Under the pieces are notes generated by a model, which saw only the letters and a list, made by a program, of their open reading frames with translations, did no database searches and was not told the DNA's origin. 64,000 nt of DNA from Curvularia clavata (lineage: Eukaryota), in assembly GCA_023920165.1 (NCBI GenBank), contig CP089281.1:682001-746000 (forward strand), written 5' to 3'. Both the position numbers and the translations under genes were made by a program. This document shows, piece by piece, positions 25,754 to 36,175 of the stretch; positions within the stretch are counted from its first letter, which is position 1; each line of letters opens with the position of its first letter.

Positions 25754-26262
25754 CGTGACCTTTGTCGTGCGAAGAAGCGTAGTAACAAAAGACTCGGGCG
25801 TGGGCTCAAAGCAAGAGTTGATCGGCCGCATCAAAACACGCCGAGGCGGCAGATTCGTTGGCGGTGAGTGGCGGAGATTGCACGTTAATTCCGCTAAGGG
25901 TCTGAGCTCAAGCTCAAGCTCAAGCTGCAGCCACAGGAGAGCTACGAAACGTGCAGGTGAGCGTAACATCAGCATCCAAACTACATTATGCTATCTTCGT
26001 CTGGCTAAGCTGCTAGAACCAGACTTTTTCGAGGCGATTTCGTGCAATGGGCCAACAAGCACGCCATAGCTTTGCCCTGGTCTTCCGCAGGGTCCCCGCA
26101 CTTATCAGTACCTAGCTTACAGGAGCTGCCCCTCTTGTCTGGGCCATCTAATATTCATTCAGAAAAGCATCACCTCGCCGTCTACTCCACTTATCCCATC
26201 TGCATGCTCTACATCCTCGCCGACTAACTGACTCACCACAACCAAGCACTGAATCCTTCAAA

Positions 26263-27332
26263 ATGTTTGTTCCACGTTTTCACTGCGCTTTGCGGTCCCT
26301 CTCTTCCATCTCGTCTATCCGGCACCCAATCTCTATAGCTAACAGGCGCACAATGGCAACGCACAACAAGCTCCGTTCTTATCTTGTTTCTCCAGCAGAG
26401 CTCAATTCAGCTTTGAAGCTCAATGCCAGCAAGCTCTCCCATGAGCCCCGCATCATTCCTCTCTGTGCATCCTGGTTTCTTCCCAATGATGGGCGAAATG
26501 GCTACGAAACCTTTCTTGCCCAGCACATTCCTCACTCCCAGTTCTTCGATCTAGACGCCGTCAAAGATGAGCACTCACCCTACCCCCACATGCTTCCCTC
26601 GGCTTCCGACTTCGCCGTCGCAATGAGACATTTGGGTATACGTCGCGAAGACAGTGTAGTTGTGTATGATACCAAGGAGCTGGGCATCTTCTCTGCGCCG
26701 CGTGTCGGCTGGACATTGCAAGTCTTTGGCCATCCAAAAGTCCATGTGCTCAACAACTTTCGCAAGTGGGTCGACGAAGGATACCCCACGGAGAGTGGAG
26801 AGCCTAAGACACCTGCGGTGACTGAGTACGAGGTACCGCAGCTTGATGAGAGCAAAGTTGCAGCTTTTGAGCAGGTCAAGGAAATCGCAAAGGAGTTGGG
26901 CAAAGAGGGAGCCGATGAGGTACAGATCTTGGATGCGAGGAGCCTGGGCAGGTGGAAGGGTACCGATCCAGAGCCTAGAGAAGGTATGCTGGACTTCACA
27001 CGACGTGCAAAGCGACGTTACTGACAATTGTAGGTCTATCCTCCGGCCACATCCCCTACTCCATTTCCGTCCCCATCACCGATCTTCTCGACCCCAAAGA
27101 TAAAACGTTCCTCCCTGCCTCTGAGCTCAAGGCTGTCTTCGAATCTAAGGGCATAAAAGCTGAAGTGCCCATTATAAGCAGCTGCGGCACGGGCGTCACT
27201 GCAGCAATCATTGATGCTGCACTGACTGAAGCTGGATACCCAACCCAACAGAGGCGCCTATACGATGGCAGTTGGACCGAATGGGCACAGCGCGTCAAGC
27301 CTGGCGAGGGCCTGATCCATAAGTCAGAGTAG
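26263..27332 (+). CDS. Tandem-rhodanese 3-mercaptopyruvate/thiosulfate sulfurtransferase, TUM1/MPST type (intron 26984-27033)
   Basis: HIPHSQFFDLD..PHMLPS, LDARSLGRWKG, SGHIP, active loop SCGTGVTA and LYDGSWTEW. Confidence 0.93.
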
Positions 27333-27750
27333 AGAAACAGACGGACTGTAGACATTCGTATGGTACGCGATCGGTTCGCTGGAGAAACAATTTGATACCC
27401 GTTTTCACTATGGTGTGAATAGCTTTGTTTAGTTAATGTATATGGTTGAAAGGTAAACTGCCACTGGTACCGACGCTTAGTCAAGCAAAAAATATGTACT
27501 TTGTTTGGGTTCCTACAAACGAGATACTACATGTCTGGATTTTGAGTTTAGGATAAAGTATGTACATGAAAACTTGAACGACTTCTTAGAAACAACTGAT
27601 CTGATACAACAACAATGTGCAAACGTAGATAAAAGGATGAGGCATGATATCTACCCAACGACCGACATTGGTGGTACAGCAAGATTGAAAAAAAAAAGGA
27701 AACCACACTACTTGAAGCTTTCTTCAGAACAGTGGCGGCGGGGACGGCTG

Positions 27751-30667
27751 CTACGAAGGCATTATCTGCGACGACGAAGGCAGCTCCGAGCACGTCACCT
27801 GCGACAACGACAGCTGTTGCGAATTCGTTAACTGCGATGACGGCAGAGCCGCCCCCGAAAGCAACTTTTTGGGTTTGAGACACGTCTCCAAAAACTCCTT
27901 GACCTGCTTATTCGCGCCACCCAGATTTTTCCTCGGAAGACCGAGGACCTTAAGGCCCTTGAGGGAGCGTGCTCGACTGACTATTGATTCATGCATGTTA
28001 GTTCACACCGTCTCTCTTTTGTTTGATGTCAGGAGAGGAAGTGATTGAGGGAGCAAGACTTACGAGCAACGTATATTTGACTTGCTTCGAAGGCAGCGCT
28101 CAGATCAACAATGACGCGGCTTAGTGTCATGCCCTGGTTTGGGTGGTTAGTACTCATCGTGTGTTTGTGTAGCCGCAACATTGGGCTTGGGGAAAAACGA
28201 TATACCTGTGATTTATGTACAGTGATAGCATAGCCGGCTACCAGCGGTATTTGCGTCCTGGAAAGCAGGCTGGGTTCTTGCCTGGGCTGGCCTTCTTGCC
28301 TCCTCTTCTCTTCGTTGCCGAGCTCGCTGTAAGAGCAATCGGCGTAAATAGTCCTCGTCTTACCATCGTCGAATTCGACGATAGGCCACGACGGGTGCCG
28401 ATTATCTTTAGCGTATCCAAGGATTTCATCTTCGGCGTATTCGGCGTGAGGGCCTTTGAGACACGCGTTTCTTTCGCCCGTGCTACTTGGTTTGCCGCTG
28501 GCTTTGCTAGGGAGTTTCTTGGGGTCGTATAACTCGAAACCGACGATGGTGCCTTGAGTTCCATTCACGAGATTCGACTGAGGGTCCAGGTTGGATTGCA
28601 GCACTACACGCATGCCTTCTTTAAGCTCTACACACGCCTCGTAGCGGTGTTCTTTCTGCGATGAAGTTAGTGGGACTCTAGAGGAGAAAAGGAAGACTCA
28701 TACTAATTGCTGCAAAGTGTTGCTGCCGTTTGTTGCTCGCATTGTATACTTGATCAATGATTCGTCACCTTGATGGTGTGGTTTCCAGCGAAAATTGTCC
28801 AAGCAGCGATATGTGCGGGATTCGGATGGAAGCCTACGAATGTTCTCACTGTTGACACGATCCACGTCTCGGCGCAGTGAATATATCTTGATTGCATTCT
28901 CCGTCTCTGACATGTGGTTGAGGAGAACTCTTGCGTGATTGGGGAGAATGACACCCTCTGCGGTCTGTTAGTACTTGTAAGGATGCCAAGTGCCGATTTA
29001 GCAAGACACGAATGATCTAAACATGCACATGATGATGCGAGAATATAGCAAGCTCACCTTGACGGATTGTCTGGAGGATATATTTGAACTTTTGGTCCTT
29101 CTGTCTAAAAATCTCTGTCAAGTTGATATGTTCAAATCCGCATTCCTGATATCGTTAGCGTTGCTTGACTGTAACGATCCCACGGGAAAACTATCATACC
29201 TTCCATGCTTCGCTCCGAAAGGCCCATTTGTCCGTGTCTGGCCACATGTCGTAGCGACAGCCTTTGTTTTCACATCTGTGCTGCAACTGTCCCTCCTTTT
29301 TCTCGTGGATAAGCTCCCACCCGCATCCCATACAATAAGCAAATGGCTTCACCGGGGAAAGCTGGCAGAACTACGCCCCCTGTCAGTGGTTTGCAAACCA
29401 ATAAATGTCGTTGACTTACATCTCCAGTAACGATAATCTGCACACCACCGAACGGACCTGTCCTTTTTGCCCCTGAGGCTGCCTTCATGACTTCATTCAA
29501 TCGCTCGAACTGGAGGTTCTCAACCATACTGATTTCGTCGATGACAAGGACATCAGTGGAATCAAATCTCTTCCAGGTTTGACTTTTATGAGCGTCTGCT
29601 TTCAATTTGTCGAGGGGCAGCTTCAAACTGTCAGGTGTCCACCCCGCGTAGGCCCATGTTGTTTGTCCACCAACATTCAACGCCGCAAGATTTGTTGGCG
29701 CAACAATATTCACCCTTTTCCCCTTTGCCACCAGCTTCCTGACAAAGGCTTTAAGGATGGTGGACTTGCCACAACCAGCAGATCCAGTGTAGAACACGTT
29801 GTGTCCACCCTCAACAATGAGATCTACTACATATTTCTGTTCGGCGCTCAGCTCAGGTTCAGGTTCAGGTACAAAATCATCCACTGTATCAAGGCCAGGA
29901 GATGATGGAATCAGCATCTGATCTGTCATACACTCATGCTGTGTTGGCCGAGTCATGGATAATCCCTCAGTCGTCTCGTTTGGACACAGCGGCACTCTTT
30001 TGATATCTTCACAGTCTTCGTCCGAGAAATGCCAGCTATATTCATCGTTTTTGTCCATGAAATCCCAAGCTTCTTCCTGACTCTCGAACTCCTTTTGGAT
30101 CGCTCCAGGATATCCGGAGACTTCAGCCTCAGCCACAAGCCAATTTCGGTAGAGACCTGGAACTCTCCCACGAGCTACTGCGTAATAGACAGGCCAGTTG
30201 ACAGCAGGGTCCGGTTCACACATGTAAATCTTGAACAACCCTGAATCATGGCAGGGCGGGGATGGAGGAATGCAAGACAACTTGTCCGATTTCTGCTTTG
30301 GGCTGGATTCAATCTCGATTGGGTTATGCTGGGTTCCATATTGAGTTGCGCTATGACTTTGGCCTCCATTTGATGTTCCTCTCGGTGGCATAAAGTTTTC
30401 CGGCGTTTTTTCTTGTCTGGGTCGCTTTCTGTATTCATGGTACTGCTTTTCTTCCGTCTTTCTCTTTCTTTGCCTTTGCCGTGATGTGTTGGCGGATTCT
30501 GGTGTAGCTATTGCGGGACCGTTGCTAATGCTATCATACCTTGAAGACTCCCAGTGATCGGGATATGTGCTGGTAACATAAAGAGAAGGGTTGGAGTATG
30601 CAGGTAGGTGTTGCGTGTATGATGGATCCCAATACACTATGTCGGAGTCAAGTGCTGTGTTAGACAT
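27751..30667 (-). CDS. Pif1-family SF1B helicase with an N-terminal RNase H1-type hybrid-binding (Cauli_VI) domain; 7 exons
   Basis: Helicase motifs FYTGSAGCGKS, IDEISMV, GPFGGVQIIVTGDFCQLSPV, LTEIFRQKD, LVNGTQG, RTQIPLVAGYAITVHKSQGMTL and YVALSRA. Introns 29419-29371, 29199-29146, 29057-28958, 28703-28656, 28205-28134 and 28063-27981 are canonical and keep the frame. Confidence 0.9.
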
Positions 30668-31533
30668 AATTACGCTGCTCACGTAGTCATTTATGTAGTC
30701 CCGACCCTAACTGGAAATAGCTGCGGAGTAAATGCAGACATACTGTGTGTAGCGTGTGGTATAGTGTATACTATGATAGTTGTAGTTGCTCGTTACGACA
30801 CAAACTATACGCGTTGTAGTAAAGATGATACGCGTCGTGCTGCTATATACCAGACCAACTCAAGGATCGATGGCTCGCTTAGCGACACGGAGAATTGATA
30901 AGTTCCCGCGGCAACAAAAGACTACTGCTGCAGATGCAAAGAGTTGAGTCAAGTGAACAACTCGTATTAAAAGGGGCTGGACCGTGTACTGGGTCGGCAC
31001 GGCCCCAGAATTGCTTTTCGCCTTGGCACGGCCAAACCCTCGCACCTGTCAGACCACTTCCACGGGGATCCCTGAGCCTCTTTCTGTAACTCCTACACCT
31101 TCCGCGGCTACTGCTCCAGGTTTATGCTGAGCAAGAGCCTCCAAAAGTACAAGTAGAAGAGCCTTCCAATAGAAAGAGAGGTCTGCTAGAAGAGAGAAAA
31201 TAGCGTGGGTATTCGAAATTACTTAGAGAAGCATAGCAGCTACCTCTACACGTTAGCACAAGGCTGAGCTCCTGCAACGCTGAAACGACGTGAAATTGAT
31301 GAACAGATCAGGAGATACGAAATTCGATTCGAGCATTTGCGAGTTATCACTTTGCTCAGTGGCACCGTAGTTGCAATCACCTATTGATACGATGATCCTC
31401 ACGAAATCGACTCTCAAGGGCCATGCGTGCATTTTTCTTATCCTATAACCATGTATCCACTCCTCAGCACTCAAAGCAGCCCTTGGCGCAGCCTAACTGT
31501 TGTTTTCTGCCTTTGTTTGCTTTTGTTCATGTA

Positions 31534-33186
31534 TTATGTGGGCTTTGCTTTGTTATCGTCCAGCCACCCAGATTTTAACGAGATAGGTTGTAGAAAGCCG
31601 TCAATATGCACACCTCCAGCCATCCTTGCCTCGTTCTCAGAGTCATTGGTCCTGGGATCGTATCCATGGACGCTTGTGCAGTGCTCAATAACAAGAAGTG
31701 TTGACGCGAACGTTCTCGTATAGTCTTCACAATCTGAACGTGGACAGTTCAAAGTGCCAAACTGAAAGAGCGGACGCTTGGGGGTGAGAGTGTCAGTGGT
31801 CGACAAGAGGCTTGGAGCCGTTTTGGTAGATGGCCTATACCATACTGGCTCAGGGATGGGTTTCGATGCCATTGACTCAGTGAGTGGTACGAATGACATG
31901 CTTTCGCCGAAAAGAGTCGCACAGCGTTGAGCTGTGCGCGCAATAGCACCAGGATCCCATCCTTTCACGGCTGCAAGTCCGAGTACTTCACTCCAGTCCA
32001 TAAGGGCTTCTCCTGACTCTCCACCTTGAATCGTCGAAGTGGAGCTGTTGCTTGCACGCGAGGAAGGGCGGATGTTGGAATTGCGGCTCATGACTTTCCT
32101 TGACGGAGCTCTTGATGAAGTCTTCGATGCAGCTTTTGATTTAGCTCTCGAAGCAGTCTTTGATGTAGCTCTCGGAGCAGCTCTCGAGGGAGCTCTCGAG
32201 GGAGTTTTCGACGTAGCTCTTGACGCAGCTCTTGATGGCAACCTTGAAGCAGAACGACCCGACTCCGCTCCTAACGTAAAATCACCCATGGAAGGGTCGT
32301 CCGAATCTCCCAAGCCAAAAGCATCGTGCCGTGTTCGATAGATGGCTGACGAAAGGTCGTCTAATTTGGTCATCATGGACTGGATCGATGGTTGGAGAAT
32401 CTGTCGTGCCCTCGCATCGTCAGCCAAGATAACTGGCTTTGAGAGCACATCAGTGTGAGAATCACTTTCAGTGTCAGGCGCGGACGAAGACGCATCGCGC
32501 GTGTTCCACCTGTCTTTTGCTATTCGCAGGAAAGCAGCTAGGAGTTCCTCCCTCAGTTCTTCGCCGGCTTCCTGCTTGTTGACATTTCCGAGAGTGTAAT
32601 CATCGGCCTGGTCGCTTTCTAATCCATTGTCTAGGTTTTCTCTACGTCTGAAAAGCTCTGTCGGAGGGACCGGCCAAGCTATCCATTCATTTGGCGGCAC
32701 TATATCCTCCTGTTTTATGCCCGCTGCATCTGTGTATTTCAAATCTTCCCCAGACTTCAGCCAGTCATTCTTATTATGCCAAATCTCGATTTCCGCGAAT
32801 TCGTGCACAGGTCGTTGCACTCGCCGCCTCATCGCATGCGCATTGTATAGGTGTGCAGATAAATCCGAGTTCTGTATCTGGTCGAGCGACTCCACAATCT
32901 GGCGGTCAGCCTCTGTGTAGTTCCGCCATCGTTTTGGTGCTTCTTTGAACCGGTTTGGTCGCTGAGCTTCTTCCTCTTCAGACTCGTCTTCTTCTGATTC
33001 TGTGTCGATTTCCAGCTCGTCATCTACGTCCAGTGTTCCTGGTATGTCGACTTTTTGTGCCTCTTGCGCGTTGTGCGCATCTGAGATTTGGACAATCGAC
33101 GGCGACGAGCGCATGGACGAGGATTCGGACGTGTCGGACTCATATGAAGAGCGCGATGGTGCTGCGCTACCACCAAATAACGACAT
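31534..33186 (-). CDS. Rrn9-domain protein (putative RNA polymerase I upstream activating factor subunit)
   Basis: DLSAHLYNAHAMRRR...WIAWPVPP resembles the fungal RRN9 domain as I recall it; also MDWSEVLGLAA and a C-terminal C2H2-like motif. Confidence 0.7.
   Translation of the reverse strand: MSLFGGSAAPSRSSYESDTSESSSMRSSPSIVQISDAHNAQEAQKVDIPGTLDVDDELEIDTESEEDESEEEEAQRPNRFKEAPKRWRNYTEADRQIVESLDQIQNSDLSAHLYNAHAMRRRVQRPVHEFAEIEIWHNKNDWLKSGEDLKYTDAAGIKQEDIVPPNEWIAWPVPPTELFRRRENLDNGLESDQADDYTLGNVNKQEAGEELREELLAAFLRIAKDRWNTRDASSSAPDTESDSHTDVLSKPVILADDARARQILQPSIQSMMTKLDDLSSAIYRTRHDAFGLGDSDDPSMGDFTLGAESGRSASRLPSRAASRATSKTPSRAPSRAAPRATSKTASRAKSKAASKTSSRAPSRKVMSRNSNIRPSSRASNSSTSTIQGGESGEALMDWSEVLGLAAVKGWDPGAIARTAQRCATLFGESMSFVPLTESMASKPIPEPVWYRPSTKTAPSLLSTTDTLTPKRPLFQFGTLNCPRSDCEDYTRTFASTLLVIEHCTSVHGYDPRTNDSENEARMAGGVHIDGFLQPISLKSGWLDDNKAKPT
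32095..32240 (-). repeat. Degenerate 12-nt coding tandem repeat, (R/K)(A/T)xS, about 11 copies
   Basis: Repeated AGCTCTCG/AGCTCTTG units encode RAASRATSKTPSRAPSRAAPRATSKTASRAKSKAASKTSSRAPS. Confidence 0.75.
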
Positions 33187-33723
33187 CTTCGTTGCGATAG
33201 ATATCGAAGCCAGTTGGTGGCTGTGTTGGCAGCAACATTAGGGTTCGGCGCATCGCTAGTGGGGTGTGACAGTTGCGGTCATCTTTTTTTTGGTGGGGAT
33301 TCTCGAGGTTCACGCGAAGTCACGTTGGCGCCACCACATGGCCCCGGCGGTCCTAAGACCTATACTTGACCAATTTTTTACTCAAGGTAGTTAACTCGTC
33401 ATCCTTCACTTCTTATACTTATCCATAATATGTGGTTCCCATTACGCGCCACCGCTAAATGCTAGTATAGCAATAGTCTGCCGGATTGGGCTATGACTTC
33501 ATGTCGTATTCTGATGTGAGATCGATATGGAACGTCTATAATGGCATGAGCAATCATGTAACGTTCGTTTTTGGGCCTGTCGACAGTGTGACTTGTATGT
33601 GTTTGATTTTCTGACTGGTTCGGCAAAAAGCCTACTCAACCATGGATGCAGATGCTCCCAAGTCTGACTCTACATAATACTATGCAGATGCACAAACGAT
33701 ATGCAACTCTAACACTTGATAGA

Positions 33724-34764
33724 ATGGCGGACCTTTCCACGTCTATCATGCATGTTAAAGATTCTTCCCCAGAGGCAAGGGGCTCCGCAAAGCGTACCCG
33801 GATTGAGGGCAACCACGCTCTGTCAACACCTGTCCGTTTTCTCATACTCTCTGACACACATGGTGTCGAGTTGCCATTAAGTCTCCCTCCATGCGATGTA
33901 CTCCTACATTGTGGTGATCTGACCGAAGACGGAAGTCCAGAAAGCATCTCTTTTGCTCTTCGTAGTCTGGGCAAAGTGGAAGCCAAACTCAAACTTGTCA
34001 TAGCAGGCAACCATGAAATCTCCTTGGACAAAGCATATTGGCTGTCTCAAGGAGGAGACGAGGCGGATGTGAAAAGATCGCAGGCGCTTGTTGGTCCAAA
34101 GGGCGAGGCTGCTCGGCATGGCGTAACTTTTCTCTCCGAGGGCACACATACTTTCAACCTACCATGCGGTGCTACCTTTAGAATATATGCTTCGCCATAT
34201 ACGCCTGGATTTGCTACTTCCGCATTTCAGTACCCATCCAGCAATGATCGATTCAACCACCCAGATATAACTCCATCATGGGCGAAGAATGTTGGCACTA
34301 AAAAGTCCATTATCCCAGAAGATGTTGACATTGTCATGACCCATGGGCCGCCCAAGTACATATTAGACGATACCGATAATGGCGACAGTGTAGGATGCGA
34401 GCATCTGCGAAACGCCATAGCGAGAGTACAGCCAAGGCTTCATTGTTTCGGTCATGTCCATCTTCCGGAGAAGGGTTGGAAGTACGAAGCACACAGATTG
34501 CAATACAGAACTCCCATGAAACTCAGCGGTGGTGACTCCGAGCCGATAACCAACGTCATCAAGGACTGGGTGGGATCAAATCAAGCTCGTAAAAAAGGAT
34601 TTCGATGTCTATCGCCAGGCGCTGCAGAACAGTTGCGTGAGAACAAGCGACAAACGCTGTGTGTCAATGCTGCCATGGAGGGTGGGCAAGGGATCCTTGA
34701 GCATCCTCCGTGGCTGGTTACTCTAGACTTGCCGGTAAGGAGGCATACAGAAAGCCTTGATTGA
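33724..34764 (+). CDS. Calcineurin-like metallophosphoesterase (MPPED/239FB type)
   Basis: LSDTH, HCGDLT, IAGNHE, MTHGPP and HCFGHVH motifs. The start codon is uncertain (33646-33748). Confidence 0.9.
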   Translation: MADLSTSIMHVKDSSPEARGSAKRTRIEGNHALSTPVRFLILSDTHGVELPLSLPPCDVLLHCGDLTEDGSPESISFALRSLGKVEAKLKLVIAGNHEISLDKAYWLSQGGDEADVKRSQALVGPKGEAARHGVTFLSEGTHTFNLPCGATFRIYASPYTPGFATSAFQYPSSNDRFNHPDITPSWAKNVGTKKSIIPEDVDIVMTHGPPKYILDDTDNGDSVGCEHLRNAIARVQPRLHCFGHVHLPEKGWKYEAHRLQYRTPMKLSGGDSEPITNVIKDWVGSNQARKKGFRCLSPGAAEQLRENKRQTLCVNAAMEGGQGILEHPPWLVTLDLPVRRHTESLD

Positions 34765-35116
34765 AAGAAAATCTCAATGTATTGGAAACAGAAGAGCTAG
34801 TTCTGGGTCACCCCGTATGTAAGCTGCGACCAGGCGCAGTGGTGCTCTTCTCGCAATCCGTGGAAGCCGATCAACCGGGCTCGGCGTCCGCGATCTCCGA
34901 TCAGGCCCTCAGAGCACCACCCTGCTCCTCAATCCACCCTCTCGGCGCAGAAGAGAGTGTCACAGCGAAAACATGTGCATAAGCATGAGCCACGAAAACG
35001 TTTAAAATTACGTCCAGCCGCTGCTTTGCCATTCGCTCTAAACTGAAGGTAATCCTCAGGCACCTAAACCGCAAGGACTCTACATTCCCACCATACCTAC
35101 CAACATCACACCCATC

Positions 35117-35605
35117 ATGTCCCTCTCCTCATCACTTGTACCTTACCGCCCAAGTCCCGTGAACACAATGACTCTCCAACAACAATCGAGCACCCTCATC
35201 TCCTCCCGCCTCTTCACACAACAAGCCGGAATGGCCATCGCCACCGAACTCCTCTACCGCATCCTGTTTGACATCGTCAACCGCCTGCTATCTTCCCTCC
35301 AGCGTCTGGCCGCCCAAAGCATGGATGAAGCATCTACCTGGCTGCAGCGAAAGCTTCAAGAGCGGCGTGACGCCAGGACGCTGAATTCCAGCGACGGCCT
35401 CAAGATCGTGCAGGAAGTAGGCCGGCTCGCGGAGCAACAGGGCTTCATCACATGTCCTTTGACTGGACGCGCCATGCCGGATGCGAATTTGAGAGGAACA
35501 GGGGGTCCGAGAGGCCCTCCGAAGTGGGTACGAGGTGTGTTGGAGGGAATTGATGAGGGGAGGATTCTAGAGAGAGATGTTTGGATTAACACGCATGGCG
35601 ATTGA
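35117..35605 (+). CDS. Hypothetical protein (162 aa)
   Basis: ATG in catcATG context after a C/A-rich leader; helical, protein-like composition. Confidence 0.6.
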   Translation: MSLSSSLVPYRPSPVNTMTLQQQSSTLISSRLFTQQAGMAIATELLYRILFDIVNRLLSSLQRLAAQSMDEASTWLQRKLQERRDARTLNSSDGLKIVQEVGRLAEQQGFITCPLTGRAMPDANLRGTGGPRGPPKWVRGVLEGIDEGRILERDVWINTHGD

Positions 35606-36175
35606 GAGGGTAATTAAAAGAGACAGAGAGAGATGGTTCCTACTTTGCTGTGGAAATCGATTGTACGAGCTTAATACGGAGCGCGTGCGACATGCGTTTC
35701 CAGCTGCGCGAAGAATGACTTCGAATCTGCGATGCTGAATTGGGGTCTAAGAAGGATGAAATATCGGAAAGCATGGAGAGCGTACCTGGACGCCCAAGTC
35801 ATTTGAACGCAGTTAGGACCTGCGCAAGTCAGCTTACCATTATGTCACCAAGCAAACAGCTTGTTTGACGACAGCTTCCGAGAGCTTGCATGGAGAACCG
35901 ATTCCCTTTCATCTGGGAATTTCGACAACTCTGAGCCCGAAAGTGTATGCAGTAGAGTTCTTACACAACGAATTTGCTTACGTGTGATGGTACGATGTTT
36001 GTGCAACGGTTTTCAGAAGCTACGAAGAGCTGAGGATGACCAAGGTACTACTTTGACGTTGTTCATCTAGCACATCATTAATTCATTATCTTGCTTTGCT
36101 AGTCTAATCCAAGTTTCAAATGTAGTATCCAAAGACACACCTGTTCCCTCCCTCGTGACATGCGCATACAAACAC

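Noticed and set aside
27751..30667. Helitron interpretation of the Pif1 gene
   Set aside because: No Rep/HUH motifs or Helitron termini seen; six canonical introns and ordinary flanking genes.
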